Source: a virus
Taxonomy: Duplodnaviria > Caudoviricetes
Strand: one strand, 5' to 3'
DNA: 59,602 bases
IMG/VR virus record: IMGVR_UViG_3300044695_005052
Location: 1 to 59,602 of that record
Numbering within the stretch: the first letter of the stretch is position 1; every line of letters begins with the position of its first letter. Below, in pieces: positions 45,460 to 54,846 of this stretch. The notes under the pieces were generated by a model, which was not told the DNA's origin, made no database searches, and was given only the letters and a program-made list of their open reading frames with translations. A program made the translations under genes and the position numbers.

Positions 45460-46206
45460 TTAAAATTCTAAATTTAATCTTTCTATAGCTCCATTTGAGG
45501 TTAAAATAAACTTAGGATTATTTAAATATGTTGATACTGTTACTGTATAACTTCTTTTTATTATCCTATCATCTTTATCTTCTGCTTGTAAATCTTGAGC
45601 AGTAGAACCATCCTCACCTAAATAAGCCTTTACTAGATTATGCCCGGGAATACTTAAATCAGCATCTGGATTAAATTTTAATCTAATTTGTTCTACTATT
45701 TGATCTAAGTCTGATTTATACTTACACCAAACATTAACATTGTAAGTTATTTCTACTGGAACTGGGGCTAAACTTAATATACGAATCGCTCTATTTTTTA
45801 CAGGGTCATACTTAGTTTCATGTATTAATAAGGTTTTGTACCTAGATCTAGCACTATCTAAGGCTGATTTTTCTTGGGATACAGAAACTATGGGTAATAT
45901 AATATTATTCTCTTGTTGTATTTTTGCTATGGCTCTTTCTGGATTTGCATAAATACATTTAACATTAACTATATTATTTTCATCATTGATGCAAACCAAG
46001 TCAGAGAAAAAGTTAATTATAGATCTTAATAATTCTTTGTATATTCCTGATATGGTCGATTCTTTTTTTGTTATTTTTAGTATCTCATTTCTAATATAAG
46101 ATTCTCTAGTTAAATAACTATCACTTCTACTACTTAAAGAACCTATCTCAGTTTGTCCAAGTATAGATTCATTGCGTAAAATAATTTCAATTCCTGAAGT
46201 ACTCAT
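45460..46206 (-). CDS. Tail terminator / sheath stabiliser (gp15-like)
   Basis: YANPER, ILPIVS, PVPVEITY.V.VW, DLDQIVEQI...F.P. Confidence 0.8.
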   Translation of the reverse strand: MSTSGIEIILRNESILGQTEIGSLSSRSDSYLTRESYIRNEILKITKKESTISGIYKELLRSIINFFSDLVCINDENNIVNVKCIYANPERAIAKIQQENNIILPIVSVSQEKSALDSARSRYKTLLIHETKYDPVKNRAIRILSLAPVPVEITYNVNVWCKYKSDLDQIVEQIRLKFNPDADLSIPGHNLVKAYLGEDGSTAQDLQAEDKDDRIIKRSYTVTVSTYLNNPKFILTSNGAIERLNLEF

Positions 46207-46775
46207 TCGTGGCTGTAACCTCCTAATGGATCAGAAATTTTATTTAAAGGTGTATCAACTGTTTCAGTATTATCCCTCAGTAATTTAGCATTACAAACTA
46301 AGTGATAAACTCCGTAAGCCTCAAAAGAATCTTCAACTACTTGGAAGATTTGATATTTTTGATTTTGGAACAAAGGTTTAATTACATCTCCGGGAATTAC
46401 TGATCTACCTAATTTTCTTTCAATATAAGATTTATTAAAAGTAAATATTTGATTACTGTTTAATTCTACACCAAAATTAGTTAAATTTTCATTAAGTGCT
46501 TCTGGTTCGTAATGGCCGTGAACTAGTATTGGAATCTTTGACAATGGTTTATTTCTGGATTCCATATAAACAGGATCAAAATCAACTGATTGATTATACT
46601 TGTAGAAGTGCATTTTACTTCCACCTAATTTGATTAATTCATCATCTACTAAATTAAATAAGTTGGTATCTGGATTGTTTTGATCAAATAAACTTAACTC
46701 CGATTCTTCCGAGTCTATATCTGGAAGTTCTGGGAGTTTAGTAGTAATTTTGAAATTATCTTTTTTATTTGTCAT
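46203..46775 (-). CDS. Neck protein (gp14-like)
   Basis: ELIKLGG...Y, DPVYME, FG, PGDVI, YQI..V. Confidence 0.8.
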   Translation of the reverse strand: MTNKKDNFKITTKLPELPDIDSEESELSLFDQNNPDTNLFNLVDDELIKLGGSKMHFYKYNQSVDFDPVYMESRNKPLSKIPILVHGHYEPEALNENLTNFGVELNSNQIFTFNKSYIERKLGRSVIPGDVIKPLFQNQKYQIFQVVEDSFEAYGVYHLVCNAKLLRDNTETVDTPLNKISDPLGGYSHE

Positions 46776-46778
46776 TTA

Positions 46779-47366
46779 TCAGCAGTTCCATTTTCTTAAT
46801 GCTTTATTTATTCTGCTGTTTGGATCATTAGCAGTTTTACTAGAAGTTAATCTTTTTTTCATTCCACCCATTCTAGCACAAAATGATTTTCTTCTCTTGG
46901 CAGATTTAGAACCCTTTTTTAATTTTGAAGGTTTTGTTGTCACAGCCATAGAAAGTTTTGATCCCGGATTAGCAGCACGGTAGGAAGCTATTCCTTTTTT
47001 ATTTAATCCACCCTCTGGATTTTTTCCTTCGCTTCTTTGCCAAGCAGGTGTACCTTCTATTAACTGCATAAAAAAGTTAGAATATATTTCAATTGAGTCA
47101 TTCATTTTCTTTTTTCCCTTTGCAAAAGTTGCTACATTTGTTGGTTTAGGACCTGTATTCCCCGCTGCTCTTTTTCTTTTTACTGCTGATTTTCTTTGAC
47201 CTTTAGACATGGAATGTGCTTTTGCTAAAGGCACGCATTTAGGATACCCTTTACGCTTCTCCCCTTCTTGCCTTCCGCATGGCTTGAACCCACCACCTTT
47301 TTTAGGTGCTCCGATGTCAACCCATTTTTCAGCAACCCATTTTCTCAAGTCTTCATTTATATTCAT
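46779..47366 (-). CDS. Basic two-domain virion protein (WVDIG...YPKCVP and AWQRSEGKNPEGGLN...RRKSFCARM domains)
   Basis: Two small basic domains recalled from aquatic phages, each preceded by INE or LIE. Confidence 0.75.
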   Translation of the reverse strand: MNINEDLRKWVAEKWVDIGAPKKGGGFKPCGRQEGEKRKGYPKCVPLAKAHSMSKGQRKSAVKRKRAAGNTGPKPTNVATFAKGKKKMNDSIEIYSNFFMQLIEGTPAWQRSEGKNPEGGLNKKGIASYRAANPGSKLSMAVTTKPSKLKKGSKSAKRRKSFCARMGGMKKRLTSSKTANDPNSRINKALRKWNC

Positions 47367-47902
47367 TTTTTCTTACCCCCGGGTTTAACCTTCCCCGAGC
47401 AAACTGCTGAAGCGTACATGTTTGCGTATGCAGAAGGGTAAACATCAAACTTGCGTTTAGCAGCAGCCTTACCTTTAGCACAAAGTTTTTCTATTAGTTG
47501 AGTTCCGTAATATTCTGTTGATGAATCTTGTCTAGATTTCTTTTTTCCAAAAGGACCTTTAGGACCTAAAACAGGCCCACCTTCTTTTGGGGAGCGACTC
47601 GTTATTGGAGGTTTTGGTCTGGGCAAATCTTTTGGTTTTGGTTTTTCACCTTTTGGACCCATCGCAGCTTTTCTTACTTCTTTCCAAAATGGACTTACTT
47701 CATTTTCCTCATTTAGCAACTTCCCTGCTAACTCAACTGATTCTCTGGCTTTAGATAAAGCTATTGCTACAGCTTGCTTCTGAGCTTTCTTAGAGCTTGC
47801 AGGTTTGCTTGTACCAATAGTTCCTTTCTTCTTATATTTTTTCATCATCTCTTTGATGTTACTACTAACTACTTTTTTACTTGATCCTGATTTTAAAGGC
47901 AT
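47363..47902 (-). CDS. Basic multi-domain virion protein (MPLKSG...QAVAIAL and YPSAYAN domains)
   Basis: Small basic domains separated by LLNE and LIE. Confidence 0.7.
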   Translation of the reverse strand: MPLKSGSSKKVVSSNIKEMMKKYKKKGTIGTSKPASSKKAQKQAVAIALSKARESVELAGKLLNEENEVSPFWKEVRKAAMGPKGEKPKPKDLPRPKPPITSRSPKEGGPVLGPKGPFGKKKSRQDSSTEYYGTQLIEKLCAKGKAAAKRKFDVYPSAYANMYASAVCSGKVKPGGKKK

Positions 47903-47905
47903 ATA

Positions 47906-48781
47906 TCACCATACTGTAAATGTTGGGGGTTCTTCGAATTCGCTACGAAGTTCTTCTTCCAAAGTTTGTTTTTCTTGTTGGCTTGCTTGTAACAAAGCAG
48001 TACCATTCAAATTAGCTCCTCCACCGGGAGATGGAATTGAGTTATACTTTCCTCTTATTTCCCCAAGTATACCTTTGGCTATTGCTAATGCATATTTTTG
48101 TATCCAATTTCTATACGCAGGGTGTATTGTGTTTGTATCAATTGCTCTAAACTCTAAAATAACTTTTTCCCCATTTATTACTGGAGCAGGATATATTTGC
48201 AATAGATTACCGTTTATTAAATCAAATGCACCTTCTTGACCTAAAACTTTTTTTGCTAGTTCTAAGTGTGATTGCATCAAATAAAAATCTCCGATTCTAA
48301 AATCACCATAAATAAAATTATCTTGGAAATATTTTATAAAAAAATCAAATTCCAAATCATGTGTTGCTTGTTGTAGTGTTAGTAATGTTTTTCTATGAAC
48401 AACATAAGTTAGATTATGTGCTATGTGTGGAGGAAGGATGTATTGATTTATTCCAGCAGATGCCTCAAATGCTGCAAACTGCCTGTTCCAAAAAGGTGCA
48501 TGGTAAGAAAACTTATTTATAGATTCTTCTATGGAACTTTTTAATTGAAAAGAACTTAACTCTACTCTTACAACAGGATGCCCTAATCTAGCTAAGATGT
48601 AATCTCTTATAGATAATTCAAATCTGTTAAATTCAACACCATCTTGTAGAAGTCCTGTATTAAGTTCTTCAGTTTTTATTTCGCCATTGGTTATAGTATC
48701 TGTTAGTAACCTACCTCCATAGGTTCCAAAAGAATCACCGTAACCCAATATCTTTGGCTTGGCTATCACTGGTGTTGACAT
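47906..48781 (-). CDS. Neck protein (gp13-like)
   Basis: YILARLGHPVVRVEL, WIQKYALA.AK..LG.IRGKY, PGGG..LNG..L. Confidence 0.9.
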   Translation of the reverse strand: MSTPVIAKPKILGYGDSFGTYGGRLLTDTITNGEIKTEELNTGLLQDGVEFNRFELSIRDYILARLGHPVVRVELSSFQLKSSIEESINKFSYHAPFWNRQFAAFEASAGINQYILPPHIAHNLTYVVHRKTLLTLQQATHDLEFDFFIKYFQDNFIYGDFRIGDFYLMQSHLELAKKVLGQEGAFDLINGNLLQIYPAPVINGEKVILEFRAIDTNTIHPAYRNWIQKYALAIAKGILGEIRGKYNSIPSPGGGANLNGTALLQASQQEKQTLEEELRSEFEEPPTFTVW

Positions 48782-48959
48782 CTTCTACAACTCTTTTCTT
48801 TTTTAAGTCTATGTTTATTTTAGGCTCTAAAATTAATTCTATAAAAGGTGAGTCCACTTGATGAGAAGCTTCAAAAAATTCTCCCGGTCTAATTTCAACT
48901 ATTTTATTATTTATACTTAATAATTGATTCCATTTACATTTAGATCTATATTTAAACAT
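48735..48959 (-). CDS. Small hypothetical protein
   Basis: GGGAG SD; IRPGE motif similar to 45229..45405. Confidence 0.55.
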   Translation of the reverse strand: MFKYRSKCKWNQLLSINNKIVEIRPGEFFEASHQVDSPFIELILEPKINIDLKKKRVVEDVNTSDSQAKDIGLR

Positions 48960-48985
48960 AAAACTCCCTAATATATATAGGTAAG

Positions 48986-49023
48986 AAAAAAGAGGCAAGG
49001 AGTTTTATTTCCTTGCCTCTTTT
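48986..49023. terminator. Terminator after the major capsid gene
   Basis: AAAAAGAGGCAAGGA/TCCTTGCCTCTTTT. Confidence 0.85.
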
Positions 49024-49039
49024 AATTTAGTTATTTAAA

Positions 49040-50689
49040 TCAGAGAGTATTACCCCACTTCTTAGTTACCGCAACGAAGGGGTAAGTAAGGAAGTTGAGT
49101 GAGGGGCCTACGATTCTAATTACACGGTAGAATCTTGTGTTAGGCTCGATAGAAACCTTACCATAACGGGTGAGGATACCCTTTCTTGGTTGGAAGCTAT
49201 CGGGATCAGTTACTGTTGGCAACTGTTGTAGTGGGATATAAGGAGCATAGATGTAACCAGCATCCATGGCGTTTGAACCCTTATAACCAACCATTATCTC
49301 GTCATCTGGGAACATTGGATCTACATAGAGATCGTAACGACCCATGAACTTGCCTCTAAATTGAATTGAGTTATTGGTGATATTGGTAGGACCATCTTCT
49401 CTAGCAATTCCACCTTCCAACTTAGCAGCACTCTCAAGTAGTGATGCAACAACAGGTGAAGTTAGCAACCAACTACCGGGACCACGCATTGTAGTCTTGT
49501 AGATGTCTTGAGCAGCAAAGTTAATTACTGCCAATAGGTTTGCATAAACTTCTCCGAGGTGACGGGGATTAAGTGTGCCAGTGAAAGCACCAAAGTCTAC
49601 TACAAAAACATTTCTGTTGCTTGGTAGTGCGCCAAACTGATTAGCTGTGGCCGTAGCATTCAATCCAGTGAAATCATATGTAAACTGTCCGGGAACAAAA
49701 GTTCCTGTTGCACCAGTATCTCTGTTAGCAAGACCATCAAAAGTACCAAAGTTTAGATAGCTGCTATCCATATTTTGTAATGAAGCACCACCTAGCTTTG
49801 TAGTTGCATCATTACGGTCAAATCCATAAGCAATCATACGCAAATCTTCGATTAGCTCACGGTCTATCTCCAACTGTAGTTCTTTTGAAAGAAGATCAGT
49901 TAATTCTCTTTCAAGATCTAGGTTGTGGTAAGCCTTGAGGTCTTGGGATGCTTCAAGAGTCCACAATGCACGCATCTTACGAGTACGAGCAATGACAGCC
50001 TCTTGTTCAATGTGCATGGTTAGTTCAGGAATACCTGTACCATTTAGACGCTCACCTGCACTCATTACCCATCCGTAAGTTGCGGATGCAGTTGGGAATG
50101 CAGCAATCTTACCGCCCATTGTGCCTGAAGGAGCACCATTACCAAAAATTGCTGAAGCTGAGTTTGTTTGTAACACATTTGATAGGTCGAAACCAGTTAC
50201 AGCAACATCACCATCAAGACCAGTGCCTGTTCCAGCAGTTGATCCTGTGTAGAATGTACCAACTTCTCCAGCATTTACAGAGTTTCCAGAAGTTGAACCG
50301 ATTGGGTTTGAGGTCAAACCACGGTAGGTCATGTTAAACTTGCTGTAAACAGTCTGAGCTTCATTTGTACCATACTTACGGCTGTGACCTAAGTAGAATA
50401 CTTGGCTGACTGGAGCTTGCATTGGCTGAACGCCCACGAAGTTCTTAGCAATTAGCTCAGGGAACACTCTTCTTACGAGTGGGAAAGCAAACTTAGCGAA
50501 GGTTCCTAGGTGACCAGTTGTGGTGGTTCCTGTTGAAATATCTTCACGAAGTTTGTCTTCTACTATAGCCTTAGCTTGGTTTTCTAGAAGTTGGGCTGTT
50601 ACTCTACGGTCGTAGTCGTTATTAATGCCTTCAAGTACAGGCCCCCACTTCTGCGTTAATTTTTCATCATGAATATACATTGAGTCCAT
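49040..50689 (-). CDS. Major capsid protein (T4 gp23-like)
   Basis: KW.PVLEG, LLENQ, PLVRRV, VQPM, TRKMRA.WT.E..QDL.AYH, EIDRE, YAPYIPL, FQP..G..TRY. Confidence 0.97.
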   Translation of the reverse strand: MDSMYIHDEKLTQKWGPVLEGINNDYDRRVTAQLLENQAKAIVEDKLREDISTGTTTTGHLGTFAKFAFPLVRRVFPELIAKNFVGVQPMQAPVSQVFYLGHSRKYGTNEAQTVYSKFNMTYRGLTSNPIGSTSGNSVNAGEVGTFYTGSTAGTGTGLDGDVAVTGFDLSNVLQTNSASAIFGNGAPSGTMGGKIAAFPTASATYGWVMSAGERLNGTGIPELTMHIEQEAVIARTRKMRALWTLEASQDLKAYHNLDLERELTDLLSKELQLEIDRELIEDLRMIAYGFDRNDATTKLGGASLQNMDSSYLNFGTFDGLANRDTGATGTFVPGQFTYDFTGLNATATANQFGALPSNRNVFVVDFGAFTGTLNPRHLGEVYANLLAVINFAAQDIYKTTMRGPGSWLLTSPVVASLLESAAKLEGGIAREDGPTNITNNSIQFRGKFMGRYDLYVDPMFPDDEIMVGYKGSNAMDAGYIYAPYIPLQQLPTVTDPDSFQPRKGILTRYGKVSIEPNTRFYRVIRIVGPSLNFLTYPFVAVTKKWGNTL

Positions 50690-50703
50690 TTTTTAAATCC
50701 TAA

Positions 50704-51342
50704 TCAACGAGAAAAAGGCATTAATTTCATAGCCTCTGGGGATAAGAACGGGTTACCTACCTGTTCTCTAATAGAGACTGGTTTTTCTGATTCAGAAATA
50801 AGTACAGCCTTCTCAGAAGAAACAAATTCTTCATCTCTAGAGGCTTCTAAATTTCTCACATTTTCAACCAATCTCATTCTGTCCTTTTCAAGCTTTCTCG
50901 TCTTTTGCTCGGAAAGGTTTACTTTGCTAGATAGAACTTTAATTGTATTTTGTAATTTTTCATTCTCTAGAACTAGCTTGTTAATTTGCTCAGATAGAAC
51001 ATCAACTTCCTCTTGTAGTTCGGAGGATTGCTCTTTCATCTCATTAACAACGCTCTTTTCATCTTCTTCAGAAAGTTCTAGAGTCATCAAAGTTCTAACG
51101 GATTCAAATAGTTTTGCGTTTCTGAAAACTTCGTTTTCTTCTGCTAACTCAGTAATAGCTTGTTCCTTTAATTGATCTATTTTTGTTCTTAAGAAAGCAT
51201 TAACTTTTGCTTCTAATAAACTAATTTTAGATTCAACTTGTTCATTTATTACTGAATCAACTAGGGTAAATATTTTTTCTACTGTGGATTCATCTAATCC
51301 TTCAGGTAAAATCTCTGCTATATTTGTTAACTTTTTATCCAT
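50704..51342 (-). CDS. Prohead core scaffold protein (gp22-like)
   Basis: Glu-rich coiled coil between protease and capsid genes; LPEGLDE. Confidence 0.8.
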   Translation of the reverse strand: MDKKLTNIAEILPEGLDESTVEKIFTLVDSVINEQVESKISLLEAKVNAFLRTKIDQLKEQAITELAEENEVFRNAKLFESVRTLMTLELSEEDEKSVVNEMKEQSSELQEEVDVLSEQINKLVLENEKLQNTIKVLSSKVNLSEQKTRKLEKDRMRLVENVRNLEASRDEEFVSSEKAVLISESEKPVSIREQVGNPFLSPEAMKLMPFSR

Positions 51343-51453
51343 GGAAAATGCTCCTAGCTTTAAATAGATACTATCTATGTTATAATTTTTTAATTTTTTT
51401 TAAAAAATGTATTAGTTAGTATTAACTCCGGTTTAATAAATACTTTTCAAATT

Positions 51454-52956
51454 TTAAAGTCTTCTTTTTAGACGGTTAACTAAGTTATTAAAGGCCCCAC
51501 TTTCTGCTATTAATTTTCCTATACCTATGTAAGCCTTAGATGAAGTTTCCATTTTTGCCTTCATTGCAGCTTCTTTTTCGGCTTTCATGCGTGCGCGGTC
51601 TGCCTTCAATATGACAGCCAATTCATCTCTTGTACCTTGATCCTCTAATCCTGCCTGTCTAGATGACAACCCTCTTCCCATTCCTGCTAATCCAGATGCT
51701 ATTCGGGTTGCCTTAGCATCCATAGCATCTCTAGAGGCTCCTTTTATTTTTGGATTTTTTAACTTCCTGTTATAAGAGGCTCCTCTAGCGGCTCTAATCG
51801 TTGCTAACGCCCCCCCTAAAGTTCTTTGATTTCCACCCTTGTCAAAAGTTTCTTTAGGTGTTGGGGGTGCTTCTGGGGTAGGTGTTGGGGGTGCTTCTGG
51901 GGTAGGTGTTGGGGTAGGACGGGGAGTATCAAATATAGGTTTTCCTGCATATCCAGCGTCAAAACCTTTTTTAGCTGCACCATAAATACCTCCTAGACTC
52001 TGCCCTATTTTACCAAATAATCCGGGTTTTTTAGGTGCTACTGCTGTGGCTGCTGGTGCTGCTGCTGGTGCTCCAGCAGGAGGGTCTGCAAAAAATGCTT
52101 GCCCTGCACGCTTGACTCTACCTTTTAAGCTTTCAAAAGCTTCATCAATATTCTCATTTTCTTCACTTAATTTTTTTTTTAAAAAAGCTAACTTTTGCAT
52201 CTTTTTTAGATTTGTTTTAGCTTGCTTCTTGCCCTTACCTTTAATAGATTTTTTACCTTTTCTCTTTCTTAGCATAGCTAAATCAGAACCTTCAATTTGA
52301 CCATCACGATCAACATCTAAGTTTTTTTGTTTACCAATCAGTTTTGCTTCATTATATTGTGAGTAAGCTTCATCAAATCTTGCTTTAAGAATCTTTACTA
52401 AATTAGATTCTTTTTCTAACTTTTGTTTAGATTCATTTATAAACTTAGATTTCTTTGATTCAGTTAATTCTGGATAGGCTCCTCGTGTTGAAGGGTCAGC
52501 AACCAAATCAAATGTAATTAAATTAAAGTCTTCATTGACTATCTTCTTACCTTCTGAGTTTTCTGATAAAGTCCCCATTCCTCTCGATGATATACCTATT
52601 TTTACACCACCATTAATTAAGGCTCTAGCAGTAAGACCAGCAGGAGTATTTAAAATTTCTGCTTCTCCAATAACCTCATTACCCTTCATTTCTAGCTTGG
52701 TTATTAGGTGTGATGCATTAGATAACTTAACAGTATCATTAGTAGGGTGGTCTAATTCTCCACAAAGTCTTCTGCCTTCAATCAAAGGTTGAAGTTTATC
52801 TAGTTGTTTATTTAAAACATTTTGGGGATAAATTCTACCATTGCTATTAGATTCTTCAGCCCTTTGGAATACCCCACGAACGCGCATGGTCTTCCCTTCA
52901 GAACCTTCGTTTATTATTTGTAATCTCTCAATTAAAAATACATCAGTTAATAGCAT
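51454..52956 (-). CDS. Prohead protease (gp21-like) with a ~330-aa C-terminal extension
   Basis: NGRIYP, GELDHP, SH.I, TPAG, GISSRGMG, FDLVADPS. Confidence 0.95.
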   Translation of the reverse strand: MLLTDVFLIERLQIINEGSEGKTMRVRGVFQRAEESNSNGRIYPQNVLNKQLDKLQPLIEGRRLCGELDHPTNDTVKLSNASHLITKLEMKGNEVIGEAEILNTPAGLTARALINGGVKIGISSRGMGTLSENSEGKKIVNEDFNLITFDLVADPSTRGAYPELTESKKSKFINESKQKLEKESNLVKILKARFDEAYSQYNEAKLIGKQKNLDVDRDGQIEGSDLAMLRKRKGKKSIKGKGKKQAKTNLKKMQKLAFLKKKLSEENENIDEAFESLKGRVKRAGQAFFADPPAGAPAAAPAATAVAPKKPGLFGKIGQSLGGIYGAAKKGFDAGYAGKPIFDTPRPTPTPTPEAPPTPTPEAPPTPKETFDKGGNQRTLGGALATIRAARGASYNRKLKNPKIKGASRDAMDAKATRIASGLAGMGRGLSSRQAGLEDQGTRDELAVILKADRARMKAEKEAAMKAKMETSSKAYIGIGKLIAESGAFNNLVNRLKRRL

Positions 52957-52957
52957 A

Positions 52958-53380
52958 TTATTTTACTCCGAATTTCTTTTTCAAACTTCTACTTCCATAT
53001 TTAGAAGCTAATTTTTTATTTCCTTCACCATATCTTAATTTTGTTCGTACAGAATGTTTTTTTATTGAATTAAAACTAGAATCAGGTGTGGAACTTCCGG
53101 GACTAAACCCTTTTGCGATTTTACCTCGACCACTCTTAGCACCCCATTTTCCCTTAGATACTACATATAATCTATTTGCAGCTTTAGTACTAAAAATGTC
53201 TCCATAATTAGCTTGGTCTAAAGCTTGTTTTATACTCCCATAAGTAGTAACTCTAGCTTTTGTTGGTAAGTGTTTTTCTTTTTTAGTACCTTCCCTAGAT
53301 GTATAATAAGATCTACCCGCCTCTGATCCACGGGCTTCAAATATCATTTTTATTTCATCTAGAATTTCAACTAAATTCAT
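52958..53380 (-). CDS. Basic putative internal head protein
   Basis: Acidic helix ending IFE followed by a Lys/Arg-rich domain. Confidence 0.6.
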   Translation of the reverse strand: MNLVEILDEIKMIFEARGSEAGRSYYTSREGTKKEKHLPTKARVTTYGSIKQALDQANYGDIFSTKAANRLYVVSKGKWGAKSGRGKIAKGFSPGSSTPDSSFNSIKKHSVRTKLRYGEGNKKLASKYGSRSLKKKFGVK

Positions 53381-53829
53381 TTCTTACCTTTAAATTTCTT
53401 TAATTTTTGAGCAAAAATTAAAACAGCATCTGAAGATTTTTTATTTCTTCCAGATGGCTCTGCTACTTTAGGTCCACTCATTGAACATCCACAACATCCA
53501 CCAGTAGTCATTTCAAGAAGTTGTTTAACATCTTCTAATAAAGTAATTAATTTATCTGCTTTTTCTTCAGTTATTAAATTTACTTGTTGTTTGTTTTCTA
53601 CTATGCTTTGTTTAGGTTTAATATCTGGTTTTTTTGTTTGTATTTTTTTTCCTAATACTTGGGACATAAACTCTTCTGGAACTACCGTTTCAGAAATATC
53701 GAGTTGCTTTTCAACTTCAGGAGTTTTAGTTACAAACTTTTTAGCTTTTTGCGGAGTAGTCATTTCATTCATTATCAACTGCTCCGCAAAAGAACCTATG
53801 CTAAATCCAGATTGTTTTAAAGTAGTCAT
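53377..53829 (-). CDS. Putative prohead core protein
   Basis: IVE, ITE, LLEMTT motifs; head module position. Confidence 0.55.
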   Translation of the reverse strand: MTTLKQSGFSIGSFAEQLIMNEMTTPQKAKKFVTKTPEVEKQLDISETVVPEEFMSQVLGKKIQTKKPDIKPKQSIVENKQQVNLITEEKADKLITLLEDVKQLLEMTTGGCCGCSMSGPKVAEPSGRNKKSSDAVLIFAQKLKKFKGKK

Positions 53830-53852
53830 AGAATAATCTAAAAATTTATATA

Positions 53853-53879
53853 GCAGCCAAGTTTTTTATACTTGACTGC
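53853..53879. terminator. Hairpin, terminator-like
   Basis: GCAGCCAAGT...ACTTGACTGC. Confidence 0.5.
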
Positions 53880-53886
53880 TTAAAAA

Positions 53887-54465
53887 TCAGCAAGACTTCT
53901 TGCCCTTCATAGGCATTTTCATTTTGCCTTTTGCAGGCTTCTTAGACATCTTAGCTTTTTTTCCGGCTGGGGTAGAGGATCCATATCCACCCATATCGCC
54001 TTCTTCAACTACATCATCAGACTCTTCTTCATCATACTCATCATCCGAAATCTCATCGTCTGAATCTTCTTCGGAATCCTCATCTAGCATCTCTTCTGAT
54101 TCCAAAAGAACTTCGTTTACACATTCAGCTATGATTGATTCTAAATCTTCTTCACTTTCATTGATGCTGCTAAGACGATCTAAAACATTAGCTATTATAT
54201 GTAAATGCTCTAGAACTCTTTCTTCATCTATGGCTTCAGGTAGGAGGGAAGTGCAAAGTGGGCAAACATGAGTTTCCCCTTCTTCAACAACTTCTTGCTC
54301 TTCTGAATCTTGGATTTGCTCGTAACCTTGAGCATCAACAGCTTCTTTGAGGCTTTGTTGGCCCTTTTCAGCCTTGCCCTCATTTACATTTAGGCCAATT
54401 TTTCCCCAAGCGGCTGACTCAAGGAGCTTATTACGAAAATCATCATTTAAATTAATATGTTGCAT
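53887..54465 (-). CDS. Acidic putative prohead core protein with HxCPLC
   Basis: LLES, VNE, LKE, INE sites; acidic tract followed by a basic tail. Confidence 0.6.
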   Translation of the reverse strand: MQHINLNDDFRNKLLESAAWGKIGLNVNEGKAEKGQQSLKEAVDAQGYEQIQDSEEQEVVEEGETHVCPLCTSLLPEAIDEERVLEHLHIIANVLDRLSSINESEEDLESIIAECVNEVLLESEEMLDEDSEEDSDDEISDDEYDEEESDDVVEEGDMGGYGSSTPAGKKAKMSKKPAKGKMKMPMKGKKSC

Positions 54466-54542
54466 GGCTTATCTCCATTAAAAAATGTAAGCTCTAAACT
54501 TATGTAGCATCCTTCTTTAAAATAATATAATTTTTTATTTTT

Positions 54543-54845
54543 TTAGTATGCTTTTACATTTAACCCGTTATTGGTATATAAACTATCTGATTCAGAATGA
54601 GGTGAAGACCCATGCTCGGGTAATCCATCCTCTTCAACTACTATAGGAATATTATTAATAAATACTTTACTAATATTATTTGGATTTTTAATTATTGCAG
54701 GATAAGTAGCAGTCGGGTGAGGTTTAGTTTCATCCCCTTCAACTACAACTAACTTTTCACTTATAAAAACATTATTTTGATTTTGTACCAGTTGTTCAGC
54801 CCCACAGGTAGTTCGATCAGTTTGGACTATTAAAGAAAAAGGCAT
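54543..54845 (-). CDS. PAAR-like spike tip protein (gp5.4-like)
   Basis: D.TTCG, NVFI...VVEGD...H, VFINNIPIV...H....H. Confidence 0.8.
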   Translation of the reverse strand: MPFSLIVQTDRTTCGAEQLVQNQNNVFISEKLVVVEGDETKPHPTATYPAIIKNPNNISKVFINNIPIVVEEDGLPEHGSSPHSESDSLYTNNGLNVKAY

Positions 54846-54846
54846 A

